The notes under the pieces were generated by a model, which was not told the DNA's origin, searched no databases, and worked only from the letters and a program-made list of their open reading frames with translations. A stretch of DNA of 64,000 nucleotides from an uncultured candidatus Porisulfidus sp. (GTDB lineage: Bacteria; Pseudomonadota; Gammaproteobacteria; Poriferisulfidales; Poriferisulfidaceae), in NCBI GenBank assembly GCA_965116025.1, contig OZ220480.1:193335-257334 (forward strand), read 5' to 3'. Numbering within the stretch: the stretch's first letter is position 1; each line of letters begins with the position of its first letter. Of this stretch, positions 31,474 to 41,794 are shown in pieces. A program made the position numbers and the translations under genes.

Positions 31474-33033
31474 TTATTTGACTGGCACGGGAGACGTGAA
31501 CACGAATCGAGCCAAGCCATCGCCATAGCGGACCGCGCACCGTGATGGCAAAGACTGCAACATGTTGGTGTCCACAAGGTAGCGCTCTGACTGACGCAGG
31601 CCACGAATGTTTCGCTCGCGCTCGGCGAGGACCGCGTTGGCCTCGAAATCGCGCATCTCGTCATCGATTAGGATGCTGCCGCTCATGCGGGCCAGCCATA
31701 ATGCCGTGTCTGGATCGTTGACCCGGTAGGCGAATTTCAGGCCGCAGTTCTCGGTTACTGAAGATATCACCTGTTCCGGGTCCAGATCGTCGGGAACGTT
31801 GCGCAAGTCGTTGACCGTCTGATGCGCCAGCACTAGGTGCGCCCGTTTGTCCCGGATAGAGGCGAGCGCCTCCAGTAGCGGAGCGCTGATCAGATAGCGG
31901 AGCTCATCCAGAAACATGCAGACTTGGCGGGATCTTTCGCGGGCGCGGCGCTCGCAACTCTGGATCACCGACAGCACGAACATCTTCTGAAGCTTGAGAA
32001 TACGGGAGTGGCGTGGGGAGCCGAGCACGTAGATCACCGCGCCCTCCTCAATCGCTCGCGCGACATCCAACCCCTCCTCGGCCCGAGCCGCGGGGGTCGC
32101 CGCGATCTCTTCCATATCATCAATGAACTTCGTGGCCTTGCGCGCAACGGTCTCGCTTCGGAACGTCGCCAAAAGATTCGGCAGGGACTCGCCGTCATGC
32201 AACCGCGCGAATTCTCGTGCGGCGCGACGATCATTGAGACGATAGAAATCCGCCTCGGAGCCTCGCTCTCCGAGGCCGAAGCTTGCCACCAGGAGCTCCT
32301 CAATCTCATCGGAACTCTTTCCGCGCAGGGGATTCCATCGCGCCTCCTCGCCCATGAGATCCAAGCGATAGAAGGGTTTGCCGGCCTCGCGGGCCGCACG
32401 CTCCAAGACTCGTGGAGCGTACTCGTCACGCTTAGGGTCCACCACCACGACCGCCTCGCCTTGCCGCGCGGCCTGGGTTAGCAGAATTCCTGCCAAGACA
32501 CCTTTTCCACTTCCGGTCATCCCGATAATATCGATATGGGACCGCCTCCATAGATTCTGATCCACGTGCACGGGATCGCCGTTCGGATCCAGCCCTAAAA
32601 ATAGTCGGTCATCAGACTGGCAGAACGGCAAGGGGTCATACTCGTTCCGGGCCTTCGGCAGGAAGTCTCCGATGTCGCGGATATCGGTCCGCGCGTCCCG
32701 GGCCAGTGGGCTACGTTTCATCCATCGCGCGCGCCACCGCTCGAGCGCGCCGCTTCCTCGACGCGCCATGAGGATGGCCAGCGCGGTGCCAATGAGAAAC
32801 TGTCCCATGAAGAGCGGGACATGCCAGCCCGGATGGTTTGTCCCTATCGCATGCGGCACCAGCACCAAGAGCGCCGTAAAGACGGACAAGGTCAGCATCA
32901 GCAAGCCAAGCGCCCTCGGCGCTTGTAGCAGACCAAGCGTCATGAGAATGCCGCCGGGCAACCCAAGCCAAGGCCAACTCCATCCGTAGAACATGTTTTC
33001 GGACAGGCCGCCGACGATCTCCCAAAACCCCAT
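31474..33033 (-). CDS. TraD/VirD4/TrwB-like type IV coupling ATPase (orphan)
   Basis: N-terminal transmembrane segments, Walker [15 protein letters not shown], Walker [12 protein letters not shown], and LAHQTVNDL. No other conjugation genes lie nearby. Confidence 0.6.
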   Translation of the reverse strand: MGFWEIVGGLSENMFYGWSWPWLGLPGGILMTLGLLQAPRALGLLMLTLSVFTALLVLVPHAIGTNHPGWHVPLFMGQFLIGTALAILMARRGSGALERWRARWMKRSPLARDARTDIRDIGDFLPKARNEYDPLPFCQSDDRLFLGLDPNGDPVHVDQNLWRRSHIDIIGMTGSGKGVLAGILLTQAARQGEAVVVVDPKRDEYAPRVLERAAREAGKPFYRLDLMGEEARWNPLRGKSSDEIEELLVASFGLGERGSEADFYRLNDRRAAREFARLHDGESLPNLLATFRSETVARKATKFIDDMEEIAATPAARAEEGLDVARAIEEGAVIYVLGSPRHSRILKLQKMFVLSVIQSCERRARERSRQVCMFLDELRYLISAPLLEALASIRDKRAHLVLAHQTVNDLRNVPDDLDPEQVISSVTENCGLKFAYRVNDPDTALWLARMSGSILIDDEMRDFEANAVLAERERNIRGLRQSERYLVDTNMLQSLPSRCAVRYGDGLARFVFTSPVPVK

Positions 33034-33057
33034 GCGAGCGTCCTATTGGGGTCGGGC

Positions 33058-33147
33058 TGGCGGAGAGGGAGGGATTCGAACCCCCGGAACCTTTCGATTC
33101 AACGGTTTTCAAGACCGCCGCATTCGACCACTCTGCCACCTCTCCGC
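33058..33147 (-). tRNA. tRNA-Ser (anticodon UGA)
   Basis: The reverse complement reads GGAGAGGTGGCAGAGTGGTCGAATGC...CGGTCTTGAAAACCG...GGGGGTTCGAATCCCTCCCTCTCCGCCA. It has a long variable arm, an anticodon loop CTTGAAA, and a 3' CCA. Confidence 0.9.
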
Positions 33148-33183
33148 ATAGCGTTCCGGTGGACCGCGTCCGCGCGAGCCAGT

Positions 33184-33990
33184 CTACACCGCGAGCACGT
33201 CCTGCATGGAATACAGGCTAGGAGGCTGACCCACCACCCAAGCGGCCGCGCGCATGGCGCCACTGGCGAAGATCTCCCGGCTTCCGGCATGGTGCGCCAG
33301 CTCCAGCCGCTCGCCGTTCCAAGCGAAAATCACCCGGTGCTCACCGACCACGTTCGCCATTCGCATGATGTGGAACTGTATCTTGTCGATTTCCCGCTCG
33401 ACACCCGTCGCCAGTGCCTGAAAAGACGCGCAATCCGGGAATCGCTGGCCAGTTCCCTTGGCCACGGCCTCGCCCAGCGCTAGCGCGGTGCCAGAGGGCG
33501 CGTCATGCTTCTCGCGATGATGCAATTCTACGATGTCCGCTTCCGCTTCGGAACCAAGCGCCTTGGATGCCGCGGTGACCAGATTCAGCATCAGGTTAAT
33601 GCCAACGCTCATGTTCGGCGCCATCACGATAGGAATTTCCCGGGCTCCTTGGGCGATAGCCTCCAGCTGCTTTTGGTCGTGCGCGGTCGTGCCGATGACC
33701 ATTCCCTTGTTTTTCTCCACGCAGAATTGAACCAGATCCACCGTGTACTCGGGGCAGGTGAAGTCAATAGCCACATCGAAGTCCGTGTGACAGTATTCCA
33801 GCGATCCAGAAATCGCCACGCCCGATTCCTTTCCTCCCGTGAACAGTCCCGCATCCCGCCCAATCACCAACTCGTCCTTGCTACGCGAGCTAGCCGCGCC
33901 GAGCGTGATGCCGGGGGTCTCCAGCGATACTCGAACCAGGATGCTTCCCATGCGGCCGGTGACCCCGGCGATTCCCACGCGAACCTTCTC
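33184..33990 (-). CDS. dapB: 4-hydroxy-tetrahydrodipicolinate reductase
   Basis: [20 protein letters not shown] (NAD(P)-binding) ... [14 protein letters not shown]. Located downstream of dnaJ as in Pseudomonas-type synteny. Confidence 0.85.
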   Translation of the reverse strand, partial: EKVRVGIAGVTGRMGSILVRVSLETPGITLGAASSRSKDELVIGRDAGLFTGGKESGVAISGSLEYCHTDFDVAIDFTCPEYTVDLVQFCVEKNKGMVIGTTAHDQKQLEAIAQGAREIPIVMAPNMSVGINLMLNLVTAASKALGSEAEADIVELHHREKHDAPSGTALALGEAVAKGTGQRFPDCASFQALATGVEREIDKIQFHIMRMANVVGEHRVIFAWNGERLELAHHAGSREIFASGAMRAAAWVVGQPPSLYSMQDVLAV

Positions 33991-33995
33991 CATCT

Positions 33996-35141
33996 CTAGT
34001 GCAGCCACGATTTCAGGTTGTCCACGAAGTGCCGCCCTCGTTTCAGCCAAGAATCGGCACGGGGGGAGTGTACCTCATTTCCGGTCAGGGAGCCCTCCAG
34101 CTCTTCCAAGAGCCTGCGTTGCTCGGGGTTCAAGTTCACGGGAGTCTCCACGACCATAGCGCAAATCATATCGCCCTTAGCTTGGTCGTGGAGCGAGCGC
34201 ACGCCCTTGCCGCGCAGGCGCAACGACATCCCGGTCTGCGTTTCCGGTGGAACTCTCAGATTGACGTGACCGTCAAGCGTCGGCACTTCGATAGTCCCTC
34301 CCAACGCGGCCGTGGCGAAACTGACCGGCACGTCGCAATGCAGATCGTCGCCCTCGCGACGAAACAGGTGGTGCGGCCGCACCGTCACGTCGACGTACAG
34401 GTCCCCCGGCGGGCCACCTCGCGCGCCGGCCTCGCCCTTGCCAGACAAACGAATCCGGTTTCCTTGGTCCACGCCCGCCGGAATCTTGACGTTCAGGGTG
34501 CGCGTTTCGCGCACGCGCCCTGAGCCATGACACTTATGGCATGGCACGCGAATGATCCGACCCCGCCCGTGGCATTTCGGGCAGGTCTGGCGCAAGGTGA
34601 AAAATCCTTGCTGGACGGTCACCTCGCCTCGGCCTTGGCAATTCGGGCAGATTTCCGGCTTAGTGCCTGGCGCGCAACCGGAGCCGTCGCAAGCAGGGCA
34701 TTGCACGGCCATGCTGACATTAATTTCGCGGGAGGTCCCGAGCGCCGCCTCTTCCAGATCCAGATCAATGCGGTAGACAAGATCCGCGCCACGCGATTCC
34801 GCGTGCCCTCGAGCGGCTCGACCGACGCCACCGAACAAGTCCCCGAACATGTCGCCAAACATGTCCTCGAACCCGGCGGCGGCCCCCGACCCCGCCGCAT
34901 TCGCGTAGCCCGCGGCCCCGACTGCATCGTGCCCAAAACGGTCGTAGAGGGAGCGTTTCTGGGAGTCGGAAAGAACGCCGTAGGCTTCCTGGACTTCCCG
35001 GAATTTCTCGTCGGCCCCGGTATCGCCCTTGTTGCGATCCGGGTGGTGCTTCATGGCCAGCCGGCGATAGGCTTTCTTTAGATCCGCCTCATTGACCTGG
35101 CGATCCACGCCCAGCACTTCATAGTAGTCACGTTTGGCCAT
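33996..35141 (-). CDS. dnaJ: chaperone DnaJ
   Basis: J-domain MAKRDYYEVLGVDRQVNEADLKKAYRRLAMKHHPDRN, a G/F-rich region, and four CxxCxGxG zinc-finger repeats. Confidence 0.95.
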   Translation of the reverse strand: MAKRDYYEVLGVDRQVNEADLKKAYRRLAMKHHPDRNKGDTGADEKFREVQEAYGVLSDSQKRSLYDRFGHDAVGAAGYANAAGSGAAAGFEDMFGDMFGDLFGGVGRAARGHAESRGADLVYRIDLDLEEAALGTSREINVSMAVQCPACDGSGCAPGTKPEICPNCQGRGEVTVQQGFFTLRQTCPKCHGRGRIIRVPCHKCHGSGRVRETRTLNVKIPAGVDQGNRIRLSGKGEAGARGGPPGDLYVDVTVRPHHLFRREGDDLHCDVPVSFATAALGGTIEVPTLDGHVNLRVPPETQTGMSLRLRGKGVRSLHDQAKGDMICAMVVETPVNLNPEQRRLLEELEGSLTGNEVHSPRADSWLKRGRHFVDNLKSWLH

Positions 35142-35171
35142 CGGATGCTCGGCATCGAGCCACCTTCACCT

Positions 35172-37127
35172 TCAGGCGGATTTGCCGTTGCCCTTGTCTG
35201 ATCGATTCTCGGGCGAGTCGTCGACCTCGACGAAGTCGGCGTCCACCACGTCCGGGTCACGCTCGGAATCTCTCGCGGACTCTTCGTCGCCGTCCTTTTT
35301 CCGCCGAGTTTCCTGATAGGCGCGTTGCACGATATCGCCGCTGGCCTCGGTCAGCGCTTTGGTCTTGGCCTCTACGGTGGCCAGGTCGTCGCCTTTCAGC
35401 GCGTCCTTGAGATCGTTCATCGCGCTCTCCACTCGCGCGCGCTCGTCGCCCGAAACTTTGTCGCCCAAGTCCTCCATCGCCTTGCCCGTGGCATGGACGA
35501 GAGCATCCGCGGCGTTGCGCGCCTGCACCAGCTCTTGGAATTTTCGGTCCTCATCGGCGTGCTTCTCGGCATCCTTGACCATCTGCTCAATCTCGGATTC
35601 CGACAGCCCACTGGACGCTTTGATCACGATAGACTGTTCCTTCCCCGTGGCCTTGTCCTTGGCCGACACGCTGAGAATGCCATTGGCATCGATATCGAAC
35701 GACACCTCGATTTGCGGCACGCCGCGCGGCGCGGGCGGCAGGTCCGCCAGATCGAACCGGCCCAGAGACTTGTTGGCTTCCGCGCGCTCCCGTTCACCCT
35801 GCAGCACATGCACCGTAACGGCGGGTTGGTTGTCCGCCGCGGTCGAGAATACTTGGGTCTGGGTGGTCGGGATGGTAGTGTTCTTCTCGATCAGACGCGT
35901 CATCACTCCTCCCAAGGTCTCAATGCCGAGCGACAGCGGGGTCACGTCCAGCAACAAGACATCCTTGACGTCTCCGCCAAGCACGCCGCCTTGGATGGCC
36001 GCGCCGATCGCCACCGCTTCGTCTGGATTGACATCCTTGCGCGGCGCCTTGCCGAACAGGGATTCGACTGCTTCCTGAACTTTAGGCATTCGGGTCTGAC
36101 CACCAACCAGGATGACTCCAGAGATATCCCCGGCCGAAACGCCAGCGTCGCGCATCGCGACGCGGCATGGCTCCATCGTGCGCTCGATCAGGCCCTCAAC
36201 CAAGGACTCGAGCTTGGCGCGGGTGATCTTCGCGTTCAGATGCTTCGGTCCACTGGCGTCAGCCGTGATATACGGAAGATTCACTTCCGTTTGCTGCGAG
36301 CTGGATAACTCGACCTTGGCCTTCTCGGCCGCCTCCTTCAGGCGCTGGAGGGCGATCGGATCGTTGTGCAGGTCCACGCCGTGCTCTTTTTGGAAGCCTT
36401 CCGCCAAGTGGTCGATCAGGCGCAGGTCGAAGTCCTCGCCGCCTAGGAAAGTGTCGCCGTTGGTCGCCAGCACCTCAAACTGATGCTCGCCATCAACCTC
36501 GGCGATCTCAATGATCGAGATGTCGAACGTCCCGCCACCCAAGTCGTACACCGCGATCTTGGTGTCGCCATGCTTTTTGTCCATGCCATAGGCCAGCGCC
36601 GCGGCCGTGGGCTCGTTAATGATGCGCTTCACCTCAAGCCCGGCGATTCGCCCAGCGTCCTTGGTCGCTTGGCGTTGCGAATCGTTGAAGTAGGCCGGCA
36701 CGGTGATCACCGCCTCAGTCACTTTCTCGCCCAGATACTCCTCGGCCGTCTGCCTCATCTTGCCAAGCACGCGCGCAGAGACCTCTGGGGGCGCCATCTT
36801 CTTTGCGCGCGCCTCGACCCAAGCGTCGCCATTGTCCGCCTTGACGATGCCGAACGGTACCAGCTTAATATCTTTCTGCACCTCGTCTTCATCGAAACGC
36901 CGGCCAATCAGCCGCTTGACCGCGAACACGGTATGCTTCGGATTGGTGACCGCCTGGCGCTTGGCGGTCTGGCCCACCAGCACCTCGCCACCCTCATCAG
37001 GAAACGCCACAACCGACGGGGTGGTCCGATCACCCTCGCTGTTCTCAAGGACGCGCGCGCCAGAGCCCTCCATCACCGCTACGCAGGAATTGGTGGTCCC
37101 CAAGTCAATGCCAATTATTTTTCCCAT
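35172..37127 (-). CDS. dnaK: chaperone DnaK (Hsp70)
   Basis: [18 protein letters not shown]...DLGGGTFD...[11 protein letters not shown]. The ORF track starts 11 codons upstream, at 37160. Confidence 0.95.
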   Translation of the reverse strand: MGKIIGIDLGTTNSCVAVMEGSGARVLENSEGDRTTPSVVAFPDEGGEVLVGQTAKRQAVTNPKHTVFAVKRLIGRRFDEDEVQKDIKLVPFGIVKADNGDAWVEARAKKMAPPEVSARVLGKMRQTAEEYLGEKVTEAVITVPAYFNDSQRQATKDAGRIAGLEVKRIINEPTAAALAYGMDKKHGDTKIAVYDLGGGTFDISIIEIAEVDGEHQFEVLATNGDTFLGGEDFDLRLIDHLAEGFQKEHGVDLHNDPIALQRLKEAAEKAKVELSSSQQTEVNLPYITADASGPKHLNAKITRAKLESLVEGLIERTMEPCRVAMRDAGVSAGDISGVILVGGQTRMPKVQEAVESLFGKAPRKDVNPDEAVAIGAAIQGGVLGGDVKDVLLLDVTPLSLGIETLGGVMTRLIEKNTTIPTTQTQVFSTAADNQPAVTVHVLQGERERAEANKSLGRFDLADLPPAPRGVPQIEVSFDIDANGILSVSAKDKATGKEQSIVIKASSGLSESEIEQMVKDAEKHADEDRKFQELVQARNAADALVHATGKAMEDLGDKVSGDERARVESAMNDLKDALKGDDLATVEAKTKALTEASGDIVQRAYQETRRKKDGDEESARDSERDPDVVDADFVEVDDSPENRSDKGNGKSA

Positions 37128-37200
37128 GAGGTCTGATTCTCCTGAAAGACTGGCCGACACCGGCCGCGTTAGTCATAAATATGGATTAATTGGGGGAAAA

Positions 37201-37854
37201 TCAAGCCAGGTCCGCGGGCCCACCCGGCGGGGCGGCATCAGCGTCCTCGGCATCTGGTTCCTGTTTCTCGGACTTTGGCTCAGCCGCTACTACGACCCGA
37301 GCTGGGCGCAACAAGCGATCATGCATTCGGTAGCCTTTCCGAAACACTTCCAGCACGCCGCCAGGAGCCAAGTCCTCGCTGGGCCGCGTCGCCACCGCCT
37401 CATGCAACTGCGGATCGAAAGGCTTTCCTTCCGGGTCGAGCGCCTCAATCGAGAATCGTTCCAGCACCCGCGCCATGTGGCGCAAGGTCAGCGCATGTCC
37501 CTCGCGAACGATTTCCGGCACGCTCTCATCCTGCGTCATCACTTCCCGCGCCTCCTCCATCACGTCCAAGATTTCTGGAAGCTCGCGCGCTAGCGGCTCG
37601 ACCCGGTAGCGCGCCGCCGCCGCTCGCTCGCGCTCATGCCGTTTCTGCAGGTTAGCGAGCTCCGCTCGCGCCCGCGCTAGCCCGTCCTGGAGCCGCCGCG
37701 TCTCCTCGCGCAGGCGCTCAATCTCCGCGTCTTCCTCGGATGGCTCTTCCAGAACGTCCTCGCCAGTGGTTTCCTTGGGCTCGGCGGCATCCGTGGGCGG
37801 AGCGTCGTTCGATGAGATGGAAGCCATGGATTGAAACGCTGGAATTCCTTTCAA
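37201..37854 (-). CDS. grpE: nucleotide exchange factor GrpE
   Basis: Coiled-coil region followed by a GrpE beta-domain (KGYRMHDRLLRPARVVV). Sits upstream of dnaK. Confidence 0.85.
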   Translation of the reverse strand: MKGIPAFQSMASISSNDAPPTDAAEPKETTGEDVLEEPSEEDAEIERLREETRRLQDGLARARAELANLQKRHERERAAAARYRVEPLARELPEILDVMEEAREVMTQDESVPEIVREGHALTLRHMARVLERFSIEALDPEGKPFDPQLHEAVATRPSEDLAPGGVLEVFRKGYRMHDRLLRPARVVVAAEPKSEKQEPDAEDADAAPPGGPADLA

Positions 37855-37965
37855 TATGGGGGCTAATCGAGTGGATTCAAGCCGGGCGGGTCGTTGTGGC
37901 CCAACGCGCTCCCGTCGCAGGGATTACAATACGAACCGCCATCAAGTCATGAGGATCGTCCCCTG

Positions 37966-38829
37966 ATGCCCGAATTCCGGCGCGTCGGCGTCGTCTCCCG
38001 CCCTAGCGCGGAAACCGACGCGGAAACCCTCCGTCGGGTGGCCCGGCTGGTTCGGGAGAAAGGGCGGGAGTTGCTGGTGGACCCGACGACCGCCCGAGCT
38101 CTCGGGATGTCTGGAGGACTCGAGTTGCCCGAACTCGCCAAGCGGGCCGATCTCGGCGTGATCGTTGGCGGTGACGGCACCTTGTTGCGCGCGGTTCGCC
38201 AAATGGCGCCGCGCGGCGTTCCGGTTTGCGGCGTCAACCGGGGCCGGCTGGGCTTCTTGGCGGACATCTATCCAGAACAGGTCTCCAGCGTCTTGGGCGC
38301 CATCCTAGATGGAGAGCATATGGCCGACCTGCGCTCAATCTTGGTCGGTGAAGTATGGCGCGGAGAAGAGCGGTTGCGCGTCTCGGACGCGCTCAATGAC
38401 GTAGTGGTCCACAGCTATCGGGATCTGCATATGATTGAGCTCCAAACCTTGATTAGCGGACATCCGTTGAGCGCGCTACGCGCGGACGGCCTGATCATTT
38501 CCACGCCGACTGGCTCGACCGCTTACGCTCTGTCCGGAGGTGGGCCGATCCTGCATCCCTCGCTGGATGTGCTCGTGATGGTGCCCATTTGCCCTCACAT
38601 GCTGAGTAGCCGGCCCATCGTGGTCGATCTGGACAGCGAGATTGAGCTGGAGGTGATCGGCCGCCCAGAAAGCCGGGGAATGGTTTCTTTCGACGGTTCC
38701 GCCAACCAAGAACTGAGGATCGGCGATCGCGTGCGCATCCGCCGACAGAAATACCCGCTGACCATCGTCCAGCCGAAGGGTCATGATTATTTCGAGATCC
38801 TGCGGCGGAAACTGTCTTGGAATTTGTAG
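37966..38829 (+). CDS. nadK: NAD(+) kinase
   Basis: GGDGTLL motif and NDVVVH...ADGLIISTPTGSTAYALSGGGPI. Probable start MPEFRRVGVV at 37966 (the ORF track begins at 37894). Confidence 0.85.
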   Translation: MPEFRRVGVVSRPSAETDAETLRRVARLVREKGRELLVDPTTARALGMSGGLELPELAKRADLGVIVGGDGTLLRAVRQMAPRGVPVCGVNRGRLGFLADIYPEQVSSVLGAILDGEHMADLRSILVGEVWRGEERLRVSDALNDVVVHSYRDLHMIELQTLISGHPLSALRADGLIISTPTGSTAYALSGGGPILHPSLDVLVMVPICPHMLSSRPIVVDLDSEIELEVIGRPESRGMVSFDGSANQELRIGDRVRIRRQKYPLTIVQPKGHDYFEILRRKLSWNL

Positions 38830-38835
38830 CTTCCA

Positions 38836-40524
38836 ATGTTGCGCGCCCTGAGCATTCGCGGCCTGGCCGTTATCGAGAAGCTGGACTTGGAGTTTCATCC
38901 GGGGCTGAGCGTTTTCAGTGGAGAGACCGGGGCTGGAAAATCTATTCTGGTCGGCGCGCTCGGCCTCGCGCTCGGCGCCCGCGCGTCTCGAAGCCTGATT
39001 CGCCGTGACGCTGAGCGGGCCGAGGTGACCTTAGAGTGCGATCCTGCCGCGCGGCCTGAAGCCTGCGCGTGGCTTGATCGACGCGATTTCGATTTCCGCG
39101 ACGGATTATTCCTTCGGCGCGTCCTCGCCCGGAACGGCTCATCCCGCGCGTACATTAACGACACTCCGGTCTCGGCCGCCGCCTTGCGCTCAATCGGCCA
39201 ACGACTGATCGAGATTCATGGCCAGCGAGAGCACCAGCGCTTGCTACGCCGCGACCAGCAACGCGTTATCTTGGATTCGGCCTGCGGTCATGCGGAAACG
39301 CTGGACGCGCTGGCCGAGCATTATCGGCTCTGGAGCGAGGCGCGGGCGCGGCTTGACGAGATCAGCGGGGACGCTGAACAGCGCTCCCAAGCCTTATCCC
39401 TCTTGAAGTTTCAAGTCGAGGAGCTCAATGCCCTTGAGCTTGAAGACCAGACGTACGAGGATCTGGACGAACGCCAGCGCGCGCTCGCTGGAGCGGACGA
39501 GCTTCAGGCGCTCTGCCAAGAGTTGATTGATGCTCTGTACGATCATGACGAGCGGGCCGAGTACGCCCGGCTCGCGGAGCTCGCGGACCGACTGGAGCGG
39601 GCCGCGCGAATCGACCCAAAGCTGGAACCGGCCCGGGAACTGCTTCCGCAAGCGATGGCCTGCGTGGAGGAGGCGGTCGGGCTGTTGCGCGCGACGCTGG
39701 ATCGAGTGGATCTGGATCCCGAAAGCCTGGCTGAGGTCGAGCAGGGACTAGGCGCTCTCCACGACCTCGCCCGCAAGCACCAAGTCGCCCCGAGAGATCT
39801 ATGGAAGCATGCGCGAGGCCTGAGCGAGAAATTGGAGCGATGGCAGTCACCGGAGCATGATATCGTCTCATTGTCCGAAGAAGTGGACCGGCTGGAACGA
39901 GAGTATCGCGCCTTGGCCAGAATGGCGCACCAGACCCGATCCAAAACGGCGAAGCGAATCTCTGAACGGGTCACCGAAATCCTGCACCGTCTAGGTATGC
40001 CGCACAGCGAGTTTCGGATCTCGGTGAGCTATGATCACCAGCGTGCGCCCGGGCCGCATGGGCTGGACGACATAGACTATCGCCTCGCTACCGGTCCTAG
40101 ACAGGATCCCGGTCCAGTCGGCGAGATCGCCTCGGGCGGCGAGCTATCGCGCCTGTCACTCGCCGTCCAACAATCCACGACCGGCGGCGATGACCCTCCG
40201 GTCATGATTTTCGATGAGGTGGACGCGGGAATTGGGGGCGGAGCCGCGGAAATCGTCGGCCAGCTGTTAGCCCGGCTCGCCGAGCGCGCGCAGGTGTTGT
40301 GCGTCACGCATTTGCCGCAAGTGGCGATGCAGGCCCATCACCAATATCGCGTGCGCAAGCATGGAGGAACGCGCGCCGAAGTCGAATCGCTGGATCGGGA
40401 AGGCCGGGTGGAAGAACTTGCGCGCATGCTCTCGGGGGTGAGGAAAACCGATACCGCGCGCGAGCATGCCGAAACGCTGCTTCAGCGTGGCCGCGACCGC
40501 TCCTTGCTAGAATTGGAGTCATGA
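38836..40524 (+). CDS. recN: DNA repair protein RecN
   Basis: N-terminal Walker A GETGAGKSIL and a C-terminal ELSGGELSRLSLA signature with FDEVDAGIGG. About 560 aa. Confidence 0.9.
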   Translation: MLRALSIRGLAVIEKLDLEFHPGLSVFSGETGAGKSILVGALGLALGARASRSLIRRDAERAEVTLECDPAARPEACAWLDRRDFDFRDGLFLRRVLARNGSSRAYINDTPVSAAALRSIGQRLIEIHGQREHQRLLRRDQQRVILDSACGHAETLDALAEHYRLWSEARARLDEISGDAEQRSQALSLLKFQVEELNALELEDQTYEDLDERQRALAGADELQALCQELIDALYDHDERAEYARLAELADRLERAARIDPKLEPARELLPQAMACVEEAVGLLRATLDRVDLDPESLAEVEQGLGALHDLARKHQVAPRDLWKHARGLSEKLERWQSPEHDIVSLSEEVDRLEREYRALARMAHQTRSKTAKRISERVTEILHRLGMPHSEFRISVSYDHQRAPGPHGLDDIDYRLATGPRQDPGPVGEIASGGELSRLSLAVQQSTTGGDDPPVMIFDEVDAGIGGGAAEIVGQLLARLAERAQVLCVTHLPQVAMQAHHQYRVRKHGGTRAEVESLDREGRVEELARMLSGVRKTDTAREHAETLLQRGRDRSLLELES

Positions 40525-41039
40525 GAACGTTCTTGGCTCGATCCGCCCTCGCGCGCTTGGCGCTATCGTGCGGATGCGCGGCGACCGCTGGATGCGAATA
40601 CATGTTGCCGGACGGGTTCGAGTTGGGGCAGCATCGGATCGCCGTGCAGCAAGGCAACACGCTGACGGAGGAATCTATCCGGAACCTGCGCGCCGGAATG
40701 GATGCTCAGCAAGTGCTGTTCTTGCTAGGAACGCCCTTGGTCAAGGACGCGTTCCACCCGGATCGATGGGATTATCCTCTGTACGTAGAGGCGAAGGAAA
40801 GCGGCGAGAAATCCCGCCTCGACGTGGTCAGCTTGCGCTTCAAGGAGGGCAAACTCGAGGAGGTTCGCAGGCTAGTGCCGATTAACCCGGAAGTCGCGAG
40901 CGTCGAGCCTGGAGGCCAACTTGACGCGGCGGCTGAATGGTTCGAACTAGGCGACGCGTTGGTCGCGGACAAATCTCCAGAACCAGCGGCGATTGATGGC
41001 GAGGTCATCGCGGAGCCCGAGCAAACGCATCGGGACTGA
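40521..41039 (+). CDS. bamE: outer-membrane protein assembly factor BamE (SmpA/OmlA) with a C-terminal extension
   Basis: ATG overlaps the recN stop (ATGA). A lipoprotein-like N-terminus (LALSCGCAATAGC) is followed by the SmpA/OmlA core VQQGNTLTEESIRNLRAGMDAQQVLFLLGTPL. Confidence 0.7.
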   Translation: MRTFLARSALARLALSCGCAATAGCEYMLPDGFELGQHRIAVQQGNTLTEESIRNLRAGMDAQQVLFLLGTPLVKDAFHPDRWDYPLYVEAKESGEKSRLDVVSLRFKEGKLEEVRRLVPINPEVASVEPGGQLDAAAEWFELGDALVADKSPEPAAIDGEVIAEPEQTHRD

Positions 41040-41089
41040 TAACGCCCACGGATGAGCGTCGCCCGAACGGCGTTCTCCGTTCAGACATC

Positions 41090-41353
41090 TCACTTTTTCG
41101 CCGCCGCGCGGCGGCGGACCTCTTGCGGCGATATCTCCAACGGCGGACAGATCTCTAGCCGGTCTCCCTCCCGAAGCTCGTACCCAAGGGAGACCGTTCG
41201 GCCGAACACGCCAATCCCCCATTTTCCTCTCTTTTCCTCCGGCTCTGTCCAGCCATAGTGGGACAGCGCGTCGGACACGGTCGCTCCTTCTGGCAACGTT
41301 AGGATCCGCGTCGCCGGACGCGGGTCGCTAGCGTCAACCACCTCGATTTTCAT
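41090..41353 (-). CDS. RnfH/RatB (UPF0125) family protein
   Basis: MKIEVVDASDPRPATRILTLPEGATVSDAL... is ubiquitin-fold-like. The position between bamE and ratA matches the E. coli yfjF context. Confidence 0.6.
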   Translation of the reverse strand: MKIEVVDASDPRPATRILTLPEGATVSDALSHYGWTEPEEKRGKWGIGVFGRTVSLGYELREGDRLEICPPLEISPQEVRRRAAAKK

Positions 41354-41786
41354 CCCCGCTCCGCGCGCGGCGGTGAGCTTCCGCGACGAAAGACTGCACC
41401 AACCGCCCACATACTTCGGCGAACACGGCGGAAAGCGGCAAAAAACGGAACGAGCCTTTCACCTCGAATTCCATGTCCAACGCGACCCGGCAGCCATGTG
41501 GCCGTTCGGAAAAGGTCCAGATTCCCTGCAGATGCCGGAACGGGCCGTCTTGCAGGCGCATGTCGATTCGCTCGCGTGGGGTCAGCGCGTTGCGCGTGGT
41601 GAACGAAGTGCGCAAGCCACCACGCGCGAGCGTCAATCGGGCCGTCACTTCAGCGTCAGCATGGCTCAGCAACTCCGCCCGGGGACACCAGGGAAGAAAT
41701 TTCGGATAGGATTCGACGTCGTTGACGAGCTCGTACATCAAGGAAGCCGGGTACGGCACCCGGGCCTCGCGGTGAATGCGCACGGA
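41334..41786 (-). CDS. ratA: SRPBCC/RatA (YfjG)-family ribosome-association protein
   Basis: REARVPYPASLMYELVNDVESYPKFLPWC...TSFTTRN aligns with E. coli RatA. The start was trimmed to avoid overlapping the upstream transporter gene (the ORF track gives 41873). Confidence 0.65.
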   Translation of the reverse strand, partial: SVRIHREARVPYPASLMYELVNDVESYPKFLPWCPRAELLSHADAEVTARLTLARGGLRTSFTTRNALTPRERIDMRLQDGPFRHLQGIWTFSERPHGCRVALDMEFEVKGSFRFLPLSAVFAEVCGRLVQSFVAEAHRRARSGDENRGG

Positions 41787-41794
41787 ACCGTGGG

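Noticed and set aside
40299-40520. N-terminal extension of the bamE ORF (MRHAFAASGDAGPS...) overlapping the recN 3' end
   Set aside because: It overlaps the well-supported recN reading frame. The ATG at 40521, overlapping the recN stop, gives a lipoprotein-like start that fits BamE.
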